64,000 bases of DNA from Candidatus Aenigmatarchaeota archaeon (GTDB lineage Archaea > Aenigmatarchaeota > Aenigmatarchaeia > GW2011-AR5), in NCBI GenBank assembly GCA_016187335.1, contig JACPJW010000001.1:512001-576000 (forward strand), in the 5' to 3' direction. The position numbers and the translations under genes were made by a program. Under the pieces are notes generated by a model. It was not told where the DNA came from and searched no databases. It was given only the letters and a program-made list of their open reading frames with translations. Positions 17,301 through 25,681 of this stretch are shown piece after piece (position 1 is the first letter of the stretch; every line of letters begins with the position of its first letter).

Positions 17301-18185
17301 TTAGCCGGCACTGCCCGATGTTCCCGGCGGGGCTTCGTTCTTTTCTATGCATAATAACACCGAGCCGACTTCATCGCTCACACCTGCTATCGCATCTTTG
17401 ACTAGGTTCCCACACTCCGCATTTGCTCCGGGCTTTATGGGATAAGCAGCCAGAATTAATTCCTTTTCACTCTTGTCAAGGCCGCCGGAAAAGGAATAAG
17501 AAACAGGCACGCCCTTGTAAAACCTGCATTCGCTGAAAGGCAGGCTCGGATGCTTTAAGCACAGCATATTATTGCCGTTGTCGTAAGTTAGGACGAAGTA
17601 GCACGTAACAGATTTTTCCGGCTGGGGGTCGCCGGATAAATATGCATCCGACCGCGGGGTTTTGCAGTTTAACTTTTCTATTTTTTTCAAAACCTGCGCC
17701 CTTTCAACGATGCACTGGACATCGCTCAGCGTGTCTTCATAAATCCTCAGGGTGAGCCTTGCAGGCTTCTCGTCAACGCTCACCGGAAATGTGGCTGTGT
17801 ATTCGTAGAGAAATCCAAGCCCGAGCCTGTTTATCGCACCTCTGAGCAGGGTTGTTTTTGGCTTGAATCCAAAACTCCATTCTTTGCCGTCGCTTTCTAT
17901 TTCCGCGCCATAGGCAAGGCTGCAGTGACGGACGAAAGGCTCTTCCAATTTCCCGTTGACATTGTCCAGCTCTGCTGACGAGAAAACAGACTTTGAAGCT
18001 GTCAGCGGCGATACGAAAAGGTTTTCAGATATTTCCACCGCAGCTCTGGGCGCCTGTTTTGAATATATGGTGGGCTCAAACGGGAACATAAGGAAAAACA
18101 CAATGGCTATTATCGCTATTTCGAATATCACGAAAATTACCCAGAAGAACGTGTTTATCTGCAATGATACTTCTTCTTCTGCCAT
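17301..18185 (-). CDS. Minor pilin-like membrane-anchored protein without a basic leader
   Basis: N-terminal hydrophobic helix, several Cys, operonic with pilin-like genes. Confidence 0.6.
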   Translation of the reverse strand: MAEEEVSLQINTFFWVIFVIFEIAIIAIVFFLMFPFEPTIYSKQAPRAAVEISENLFVSPLTASKSVFSSAELDNVNGKLEEPFVRHCSLAYGAEIESDGKEWSFGFKPKTTLLRGAINRLGLGFLYEYTATFPVSVDEKPARLTLRIYEDTLSDVQCIVERAQVLKKIEKLNCKTPRSDAYLSGDPQPEKSVTCYFVLTYDNGNNMLCLKHPSLPFSECRFYKGVPVSYSFSGGLDKSEKELILAAYPIKPGANAECGNLVKDAIAGVSDEVGSVLLCIEKNEAPPGTSGSAG

Positions 18186-18186
18186 A

Positions 18187-18681
18187 CTATCCCCTTATAC
18201 AGTCGTTGACCGGCTCAAAAATGTTTATTGCGCTTTTGGTTTTGACAAAGCAAAATGTCTTCCTCATGTTTTCTGAACATTCAAAATTTATTTTTTTTAT
18301 TTTCATACCTGTCTGCAAAATGTCCGATTTGTACTGCCGGCCCTCAGATTCGTACAAAACGTACATCTGGTTTATTTCTATCCTGCACTTTCCCTGCACT
18401 GTGCGGAACATGGCGTGTGTTGTCTCCGGAGCGGATTGCAGGATGTTTATTATGCTTGCGAGCTGCTCCGCCTGCGTGAATGAAGCCCTTTCCACAGCGA
18501 TTTTTGTCGCATTTTTCCACATGCTGAACCCGAAAAAGAAAAGAAGCAGGACGATTACCAGGAAAGGCACAAAGCCGTATTCCTGGCCTTTCCTGCGGCA
18601 AAATTTTTTTTCCCCTGCGTGGTTTTTCTTTTTAATCAGAAACACAAAATCCCCTTTTAGTTTTAGCCGGGCCATTTCCAT
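18187..18681 (-). CDS. Pilin-like protein with class III signal peptide (start probably GTG 18645)
   Basis: RRKG|QEYGFVPFLVIVLLLFFF. Confidence 0.72.
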   Translation of the reverse strand: MEMARLKLKGDFVFLIKKKNHAGEKKFCRRKGQEYGFVPFLVIVLLLFFFGFSMWKNATKIAVERASFTQAEQLASIINILQSAPETTHAMFRTVQGKCRIEINQMYVLYESEGRQYKSDILQTGMKIKKINFECSENMRKTFCFVKTKSAINIFEPVNDCIRG

Positions 18682-20276
18682 TCAAAGCCTAATATTTCTT
18701 TCACTGAAGACGGGCTGAAAGGCGTTTTCGTTATGGGCTTTACATGTATTGTGTTCTTGTCAAGGAATTCCGTGTTGTCAACAACGACTGTCAGGTCAAG
18801 CTCCCATGAAATGTCATTATAGAACCAGGACCTCCACTGCTCCCTGTAGGCGTTTTTCGTCCAGCAAAAGCCTTCCGGAGGGTCTTGTATCGTTATCTGC
18901 AGGCATTTCCCTGTCGGCGCATCATCCGGTTTTACGTCGTTTTTTCCGGCAGGGCCGAGGCCTTCAACGCACTGGTAATGCGTGCCAACCTCCTGAACCT
19001 TTTTTCCGCTATCGTCAACGAAAACGTTGTATATCGGGTATTTGAGCCAGCGCTCGCATTTGTCGGGGCCCGAGCCTTTGAGCGCGCTGCAGTCTTTTTT
19101 TTCTATCAGTATCGTTTTGTCAATATTGCATGGAGATGCAATATAGAAATCCGATGTCTTCACGCCTGCAAATGCGGTGACTATAAGGCCTGAAAATTCG
19201 CGCAGGCCCCTGTAAGCTATATTGGTTACCGCCGCTCCGAATATAGCATCTATAAAAGGTATTTTTCCCAAATATTTGAAAATGAATTTCAGAAATCCCG
19301 CGCTCTTGAGGACAACTTTTCCTACAATTGTTTTTTCAAGAACCGTCCCAAGGGCAGCTATTCCGCCTGCTTTTACAATAGCCACACCAACTGCTGCAGT
19401 ACCCGCTGTTGTAGCGACAAGAAATCCGGCTGTCTGAAGTTTTCTTGCGTCAGAAGCGACATAATTCAGGTGCACGTACTGTATGTCACCGCACGCGGAG
19501 CTCAGCGGTATGCGCGTTACGGCTTCCGGTGTTTTCAGGCAGAGCGACCTCACGCCGCACGGCCTGTATTTAATGAAAGACTTCTGCTCATTGCTCATGC
19601 TCAGGTCAAGGCGGAAAACATCCGGCTGGCCTAATGGGTTATGATAAATCCATTCCCCCGCGTTACCTTTCTTGTACTCAACCTTGCCTATGGTCGGCAG
19701 GACCGGCTTTGCCTCCGATGTCGGCATGATGTTGACGTAATCGCTGAGCATTATGTTCGGAATCACGACAGATATTTTTTCCCTTTGAAGCTGTAGTTTT
19801 CCTTCGGCAATACTTTTCAGGACAGTTTCGTACCTGCTGTTCTGCCCTGCGTAAAGCTGCCTTTCAAAATTGGTTGCGTCCTTCAGGCCCTCTGAATCGG
19901 CGGTAAACGGTGCGAAGACCCTATGGCCGATAGAATTGCCCTGGTAAACCTCCCATCCCAGGCCTTCGCCTATAGGGAACGCCTCGTAGTAAAGAAGGAA
20001 ATCAGGGTCGCCAAGACCTTTTATCCTGTAAGCTGCTAGGGCATTTACAACAATTATTTTCGCAGGCCTTACCTGCGGGAATGAAAATCCCTCAAGCTCA
20101 GCCCTCTCTTTTATGCAAGCCTCGTGAATTTTTGAGCGCAGCAGCTCCGTGTTCAGCCTTGCGACCTGTTCGTTGGAAGGTATGGTTGACAGGAAGTAAA
20201 GAAAAGCGCCTGCCATTATGGCTATCAGAATCATCTGCATTACAAGATATACCGGTTCTGAAAACCCCTTTGTCAT
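18663..20276 (-). CDS. Large class III signal peptide protein with an internal Gly/Ala-rich hydrophobic segment
   Basis: MTKG|FSEPVYLVMQMILIAIM; internal TAGFLVATTAGTAAVGVAIVKAGGIAALG...FSGLIVTAFAGV. Confidence 0.72.
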   Translation of the reverse strand: MTKGFSEPVYLVMQMILIAIMAGAFLYFLSTIPSNEQVARLNTELLRSKIHEACIKERAELEGFSFPQVRPAKIIVVNALAAYRIKGLGDPDFLLYYEAFPIGEGLGWEVYQGNSIGHRVFAPFTADSEGLKDATNFERQLYAGQNSRYETVLKSIAEGKLQLQREKISVVIPNIMLSDYVNIMPTSEAKPVLPTIGKVEYKKGNAGEWIYHNPLGQPDVFRLDLSMSNEQKSFIKYRPCGVRSLCLKTPEAVTRIPLSSACGDIQYVHLNYVASDARKLQTAGFLVATTAGTAAVGVAIVKAGGIAALGTVLEKTIVGKVVLKSAGFLKFIFKYLGKIPFIDAIFGAAVTNIAYRGLREFSGLIVTAFAGVKTSDFYIASPCNIDKTILIEKKDCSALKGSGPDKCERWLKYPIYNVFVDDSGKKVQEVGTHYQCVEGLGPAGKNDVKPDDAPTGKCLQITIQDPPEGFCWTKNAYREQWRSWFYNDISWELDLTVVVDNTEFLDKNTIHVKPITKTPFSPSSVKEILGFEWKWPG

Positions 20277-20294
20277 TTTCCGCCCTCTTGGATT

Positions 20295-20435
20295 TTACCT
20301 GTTCGGGAAAACAAGATTCAGCATGCTGTCTATGCCTGTCTTGAAAGTCGGGACAGCCTTCCCCAGAATCAAAATCGTGGCAAGCAATATTACCAGAAAT
20401 ATTATTATGCTGACTACGACGTGCTCAAGGCGCAT
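20295..20435 (-). CDS. 46-aa single-helix membrane micro-protein (not in ORF track)
   Basis: MRLEHVVVSIIIFLVILLATILILGKAVPTFKTGIDSMLNLVFPNR. Confidence 0.7.
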   Translation of the reverse strand: MRLEHVVVSIIIFLVILLATILILGKAVPTFKTGIDSMLNLVFPNR

Positions 20436-20521
20436 GATTACATATCCGTCCAGCGATTAAAATAGTTTCTGGAATTGCTGTAAAAATAATCTTTATTACT
20501 TGCAGAAAAGAAAGATTCATC

Positions 20522-20671
20522 ATGGGCATTATTGAACGCCCGATGGACTATTTTCTTGGGATAGCACTTATGGCTCTTGTCCTCGGCGTGGGGTTCTTTT
20601 TCCTGCTTTCCAACAAGGATACGGTAATCAGGATAATATCAATAATTTCCGGCTCCCTGGGGTTCGGGTAG
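20522..20671 (+). CDS. 49-aa single-helix membrane micro-protein (not in ORF track)
   Basis: MGIIERPMDYFLGIALMALVLGVGFFFLLSNKDTVIRIISIISGSLGFG. Confidence 0.65.
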   Translation: MGIIERPMDYFLGIALMALVLGVGFFFLLSNKDTVIRIISIISGSLGFG

Positions 20672-20686
20672 TCATGCAGAATCAGT

Positions 20687-21298
20687 TCAGCCGCTGCATT
20701 TCATGACCCTGCCTGTCATGAAAAACGACCTCATTATGATCCAGCCGCAGGAATCCGTGAACTCTTTAAGCGTCACTCCTTTCTTCGCAAGCGCATCGCA
20801 GCCTTTGTCGGGGTTTATGAACCCGAAAACGAATGTTTCCTCGTCTTTCAGGCCTATGGAATTGAGGTCCTCTTCCTTTGCCGGGGGCGCAGTGAACCTT
20901 CTTGATGTTATAGTCTTTGTATTCGTATCCGGGGATATCTCAATAGTATATTCTCCTGTTTCCTGATTGCCGCCTATGTAGCCGGCAACAACAACTCCCT
21001 TCATCAGGAAAAACATGTTCGCCTTCACCTTTTCTTTGTATTCAAACCCTACGTTGTCAAGAATGATTTTCTTCTCGTCGGAGCAGACCTTAACCTTTTT
21101 TGCAAGGTCTTCAGGCCTGTCGGTGATTTGTATTTCCTTGTCAACGCCTGCAAATTTTATGTTTTTTGCCGTGTTGCTTGAAGTCAGCAGGACGTGGTAA
21201 ATTATCAGCAGGACAATTACCATTACTATTACTTTCAAAGCGTAATCAAAGGCGACCATGATATTAACTGTGCTTTCTGTATAATAAGTTTTCCTCAA
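20687..21298 (-). CDS. Membrane-anchored pilin-cluster protein
   Basis: Hydrophobic helix ALKVIVMVIVLLIIYHVLL near the N-terminus; stop overlaps neighbour. Confidence 0.65.
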   Translation of the reverse strand: MRKTYYTESTVNIMVAFDYALKVIVMVIVLLIIYHVLLTSSNTAKNIKFAGVDKEIQITDRPEDLAKKVKVCSDEKKIILDNVGFEYKEKVKANMFFLMKGVVVAGYIGGNQETGEYTIEISPDTNTKTITSRRFTAPPAKEEDLNSIGLKDEETFVFGFINPDKGCDALAKKGVTLKEFTDSCGWIIMRSFFMTGRVMKCSG

Positions 21299-22299
21299 AT
21301 CCCGCTTTCAGCGCTTTCTATGCAATCGTCCGCTGAATAATCCCCAGGCTTTACCTCTATGAACATCGGGCCGTAAAAATCGGTTTTATCTGGTATGAAA
21401 TTGCAGTCGTAAGCGTCGGAAACCTTGCCGCAGAAGCCGATGACAAATTTTTCCTTCAGCCGGGGGTCAATTTCCTTTTTCTCCGGAGCGAACAGGGGCT
21501 GGAGCTTTTCGGAAGTGTCTATAAGAAATACAGGCTTCGCTTTTGAGCACACATCCTTGTTCCTGAATTCCAGCAGCTTCATTGTCAGCGAGGAACCGCA
21601 CACGCTGACGGATTTATCGCACAATTTCTTGTCATCACCTTCACATTCCGTGAACTTTAATATTTTCCTTTCCGGGACAGAGGCCCCGTAGCACTGGACC
21701 TGCGCTGCTACTGTGCATTTTGCATCTGAAGCCGGAATACCCGCAAGAATTTCCGCCACGGTAATGCTTCCCACAAGTGACTGGTCTATTATTGAAATGT
21801 CGTAATCGTTTATCACAATCCTCTGGTCCTTGAGAAGATAGCCGTGATAAATTTTATCGTCTTTGAATATTGTCGGCGGCTCCGTGGAAGTTATTGTGTA
21901 TTCAATGCCTTCTTCTGCATTGAACGTTTTGTCGTCGCCTGATTTCAGGACGAGCGAGGATTTTTTCAAGTCCAGCGATTTTTTATCCTTGTAGCTCAGG
22001 ACAGGCATCACTGTGATTTCCCTGTGCGGATTCCTGTCGTCCCTGAACTTCACGCCAAGGTCTTTTATGGTGACTTCGTATTTGTAAATTCCGCCGCTTT
22101 TTGTGCATGTTATCGTTGCATCGGATTTCAGCGTCGCCGTTATTAGCTCGTTTATTTTCTGTATTTCAGGTTTCTGCTTTTCCAGAACAGACGCGAATTC
22201 CTTTGACTCTTTTGTTCCGACAACCGCAACAAGAATGATTACCGACAGGCTGACGACGGCAACTGTCATGCCGAGGCCTGCCCTCATGCCTATGTCCAT
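21295..22299 (-). CDS. Pilin-like protein, probable class III signal peptide
   Basis: MRAG|LGMTVAVVSLSVIILVAVV; paired Cys in the C-terminal half. Confidence 0.65.
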   Translation of the reverse strand: MDIGMRAGLGMTVAVVSLSVIILVAVVGTKESKEFASVLEKQKPEIQKINELITATLKSDATITCTKSGGIYKYEVTIKDLGVKFRDDRNPHREITVMPVLSYKDKKSLDLKKSSLVLKSGDDKTFNAEEGIEYTITSTEPPTIFKDDKIYHGYLLKDQRIVINDYDISIIDQSLVGSITVAEILAGIPASDAKCTVAAQVQCYGASVPERKILKFTECEGDDKKLCDKSVSVCGSSLTMKLLEFRNKDVCSKAKPVFLIDTSEKLQPLFAPEKKEIDPRLKEKFVIGFCGKVSDAYDCNFIPDKTDFYGPMFIEVKPGDYSADDCIESAESGI

Positions 22300-22303
22300 A
22301 GTA

Positions 22304-22474
22304 TCACGCCGCCACAGGGCCGCCGCTTGTGTACCTTATAGCTTCGTTTATTGCAGTCACTATAAATTTTCCGAACCCCGGCAAAAGGTTAGTGTTCAGA
22401 AGCGCGATAGCAACAAGGCCGAATGCAAGGGCTACCAACAGAGCAGTCATAAGGTCAAAGCCGGAATCGCTCAT
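22304..22474 (-). CDS. 56-aa membrane micro-protein (not in ORF track)
   Basis: GGTGA SD then MSDSGFDLMTALLVALAFGLVAIALLNTNLLPGFGKFIVTAINEAIRYTSGGPVAA. Confidence 0.75.
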   Translation of the reverse strand: MSDSGFDLMTALLVALAFGLVAIALLNTNLLPGFGKFIVTAINEAIRYTSGGPVAA

Positions 22475-22478
22475 AAAC

Positions 22479-22619
22479 TCACCCGAAGACAGGCTTGAGT
22501 GCGGGTATTATGTCAAAGACGCCTTCCTTTTGGCTGGCAAAAATCAAAATTACAATCACAGCGGCGACAATAGTAAGTATCTGCCATATATACTGCATTA
22601 TAAGCCGCTTTTGTAGCAT
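22479..22619 (-). CDS. 46-aa membrane micro-protein (not in ORF track)
   Basis: MLQKRLIMQYIWQILTIVAAVIVILIFASQKEGVFDIIPALKPVFG; its stop overlaps the SD of the next gene. Confidence 0.7.
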   Translation of the reverse strand: MLQKRLIMQYIWQILTIVAAVIVILIFASQKEGVFDIIPALKPVFG

Positions 22620-22656
22620 ATTTCCTATATTGCTCCGGTATTTATAATAAATTCCG

Positions 22657-24609
22657 CTACCCGGTTATCACCACGAGCGGCGCGAATATCTGCAGCGTCA
22701 CGAAAAGCGATATCACGAAAACCAGGAACGATACCCACATGATATGGCCGCGGTTGTAGTCACGCCCAATGGGGTCCTGGCCGCTTTCTATGCCGTTTAT
22801 GAATGACGAAAGTATGAAGGACGTTTCCAGCAGGTATATGCCTACGATGAGGATGAACTCAAAAGGCGTTATATTTATCTGGCTGAACTGGCTGAGCAGG
22901 TTGGGCCCGAGCGTTGGCGATATGCCCTGAAGCCTGGTCTGCAGCTGGTTCAGTATCTGGATTATAATCATCGCCATCGTGACAATGACGCCGGAAATGA
23001 ACGGCGAGAGGAAGTACGCCTGGAATTTCAATGAGCTCACTGTCTCGTTGAAGGATTCCCGGACCTCTTCCTGCGTCTGGTGTATTCCCTTGAGGTAAGC
23101 AGAAATAGAAAGCATCGCCGCGGAAACCGTCTGCACGCCCCTTTTTGCTGACTCAACCGCGACGCGCATGACTGTTTTTATCATCTTGGAAGGATAGTAG
23201 CGCGTCGCGCCGTATTCCTTGTCGAAGAACGAATCGGAAAATGTCATGCCGAGGTTTTTCATGTTCTTCAGCGCATGGATGAACAGCTGCTTTATCGTGA
23301 GGTTCTCCATTTTCTTTACTGACCGCTCCAGGGACACTTCCAAAGGAACTCCCACGGATATATGGTTTCCTATCTGGAACAAAGCTTCAGAGAATTCCTG
23401 CTCTATTGCCCTGGTCTCGTTCCTTATTTTTATGCGGATTTTTGAAAGAAGTATGTAGTAGACAGCGAACCCAAGGAAAAGCCCGCCAAGGAGCAGAACG
23501 GGCGAGAGGACGCTTGCCGTGCCCTCGACAACGTACACGGCAAAGCCAAGGTAGCTGATGACAAAGACAACCAGCAGCGCCACGGGCCACGCAGGGAAAT
23601 AATTGTTGCCATGAAGGCGGAACTTGCCTTTAGGCGGGGCCTCGGGGTTCTCGGAAATGTCTATCTTGCTGAACGTTGCGGGTCTTGTTTCAAGTATGCT
23701 GTTTATCACGAAAATAAGGATTAGCGGCAGTATTATGTCGTAGCCTATGAAAAGAAATATAGACTTGACGCCGAGGAATATGGATATTATCGGGAAAAGC
23801 ACGAGTCCGAGGATAGGCAGGATAATGCCCAGGGCATGGACAACCATCACGGGCATCTTCAGATTCTGGTTGAAGTGGCGCGCGTTCTCCCTGTTGCCGT
23901 TCAGTATGACGTTGATGGCCTCGTCAAGCATTATCAGCCTTCTCTCGCCCGGCTGCTCTAGGGAAGCTATCAGTATTTCCAGGGATTCAACGAATTCCCT
24001 GTTGTTCTCCCACTTCTTGGCGTAGTCAAGCAGCGCGTCCTGTATGTTGAGGTAGTTTCCGATTTCTACGTCCCATAGCAGCTTTCTTATTTCGTAAGAA
24101 AGGCTGCCGGTAAGGTTTTCAGAGGCGAATTTCACAGCGCCCTCAAGGTTGGGCGTGTTTCTCATGTGCATGGACATGTAAAGGATGAACGAAACGATTT
24201 CGGAGCCTGCGTCGATTTCGTATACCTTTTTCAGGTGGAATGGATAGTTGTACAGGTAGTAAACCAGGAGCATCGTCAGAAAAAGGATTATCATGCCGAT
24301 GCCGAAAGACAGCCCGTGGTACCCAGCAATATCAAGCCCGAAAACATTGACAGTGAGCAGCGCCAGCACGATAACAGAAACAAACAGCCCGATGCCCATG
24401 GGCATTGACGAAACGTCGTCCGGCGTCACCTTGAGATGGGAAAAATCAATGGCCTTTTGCAGTTTTTCGCGCGTTTTCTTGTCCGGAGAAATTTTCAGCG
24501 TTTTGCCGAAAAACCTGCATATCTTCTCGTAGAAAGTCCGCGGCAATGACGCTATTCTTTCTTCCTCGCGGAATATCCTGTACTGCCGCGACACGGGAAT
24601 GTCAGGCAT
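22657..24609 (-). CDS. Type II secretion system F-family / TadC (ArlJ-like) membrane platform protein
   Basis: Two T2SSF-like repeats (PNLEGA..FAS; GNHISVGVPLEVSL) with multiple TM helices. Confidence 0.82.
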   Translation of the reverse strand: MPDIPVSRQYRIFREEERIASLPRTFYEKICRFFGKTLKISPDKKTREKLQKAIDFSHLKVTPDDVSSMPMGIGLFVSVIVLALLTVNVFGLDIAGYHGLSFGIGMIILFLTMLLVYYLYNYPFHLKKVYEIDAGSEIVSFILYMSMHMRNTPNLEGAVKFASENLTGSLSYEIRKLLWDVEIGNYLNIQDALLDYAKKWENNREFVESLEILIASLEQPGERRLIMLDEAINVILNGNRENARHFNQNLKMPVMVVHALGIILPILGLVLFPIISIFLGVKSIFLFIGYDIILPLILIFVINSILETRPATFSKIDISENPEAPPKGKFRLHGNNYFPAWPVALLVVFVISYLGFAVYVVEGTASVLSPVLLLGGLFLGFAVYYILLSKIRIKIRNETRAIEQEFSEALFQIGNHISVGVPLEVSLERSVKKMENLTIKQLFIHALKNMKNLGMTFSDSFFDKEYGATRYYPSKMIKTVMRVAVESAKRGVQTVSAAMLSISAYLKGIHQTQEEVRESFNETVSSLKFQAYFLSPFISGVIVTMAMIIIQILNQLQTRLQGISPTLGPNLLSQFSQINITPFEFILIVGIYLLETSFILSSFINGIESGQDPIGRDYNRGHIMWVSFLVFVISLFVTLQIFAPLVVITG

Positions 24610-24684
24610 GATTATAATTGTTAAGGGCTATTAAAATAAAACGGAAGAAAGTAATTTTTTAACGTTTCACATGTTCAGTATTTC

Positions 24685-25275
24685 ATGAAAATCATCCTCG
24701 CGACGGCATCGCCTTACCGCAAGCGCGCGTTCGCCGCGCTTGGAATTCCTTTCACGGCCGAAGGAAGCGGTGTCGAAGAAGACTTTGAAGGCAGGCCCGG
24801 GAACCCCGAAGAGCTTGTTCTTGTCCTGGCAAAGAAAAAGGCAGAAGCTGTTGCCAAAAATCACAGGGAAGGGATAGTCATAGGTTTTGATTCCGTCGGC
24901 TTGTTCGAAGGAGCGGTTCTCGAAAAGCCGGAATCTGAAGAGGAGCTTTTTGAGCGTCTGAAAGACCTTTCAGGAAAAAGCCACGAGTTCATAACAGGCG
25001 TCCACATGATAAACGTTTCTTCGGGCAGATTTTTGTCAAAGGCCGTGAAGACAAAGGCTTTCTTCAGGGTTCTGAAAGACGAAGAAATAAAAAAATACAT
25101 CAGCGAAGACCCTGACTACGGCACCTTTGCCGTTGGCTACGACCCGTGGAACCACATAAGCTCCAGCTTCGCTGAGCGCATTGAAGGCAGCTATCACAAT
25201 CTCATAAGCGGGGTGCCGTTGGAAGCGATAGTGGAAATGCTTTATGAAATGGGATTCAGGTTAACCAAGAATTAA
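24685..25275 (+). CDS. maf: Maf-family nucleoside triphosphate pyrophosphatase
   Basis: IILATASPYRK, KKAEAV, IVIGFDSV, LEKP, IEGSYHNLISGVP. Confidence 0.88.
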   Translation: MKIILATASPYRKRAFAALGIPFTAEGSGVEEDFEGRPGNPEELVLVLAKKKAEAVAKNHREGIVIGFDSVGLFEGAVLEKPESEEELFERLKDLSGKSHEFITGVHMINVSSGRFLSKAVKTKAFFRVLKDEEIKKYISEDPDYGTFAVGYDPWNHISSSFAERIEGSYHNLISGVPLEAIVEMLYEMGFRLTKN

Positions 25276-25652
25276 AGATGGGGCAAATAAGGGAGGTCCA
25301 TAATTGCCCTGTTAGATTCACATAAAGAGTCGAATCTGTCTAGGAACCCGCGATTTTCAGCTACCACTCGGGCAGTCTGCCTGTCGCACCAATTAGATAA
25401 TGTTTTATAAAAAACTCTTTCATCGTAGCCATGTTCTATAACAGACTCTTCCAAACGCCTTTTTAATTTGAACTGCTTTCGAATCACGTATAATGAATAA
25501 GCACATCCAGCAAGAATAACAGTAGCGCTAATTAAATTTCTGTATTGAAGAGAAGCAGCAAGGGCGCCTGCACTGAGGAGGAAAAAAGTCTCTCCTACAG
25601 GTGCTGCCCTGTAAAAATCTATTACGCCTTTGATTCTCACTCGTTCAAGCAT
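25272..25652 (-). CDS. Orphan 2-TM membrane protein (AT-rich)
   Basis: 126-aa ORF with two hydrophobic helices. Confidence 0.6.
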   Translation of the reverse strand: MLERVRIKGVIDFYRAAPVGETFFLLSAGALAASLQYRNLISATVILAGCAYSLYVIRKQFKLKRRLEESVIEHGYDERVFYKTLSNWCDRQTARVVAENRGFLDRFDSLCESNRAIMDLPYLPHL

Positions 25653-25681
25653 GATTCATTAAAACAGATAAGTTATTTAAA

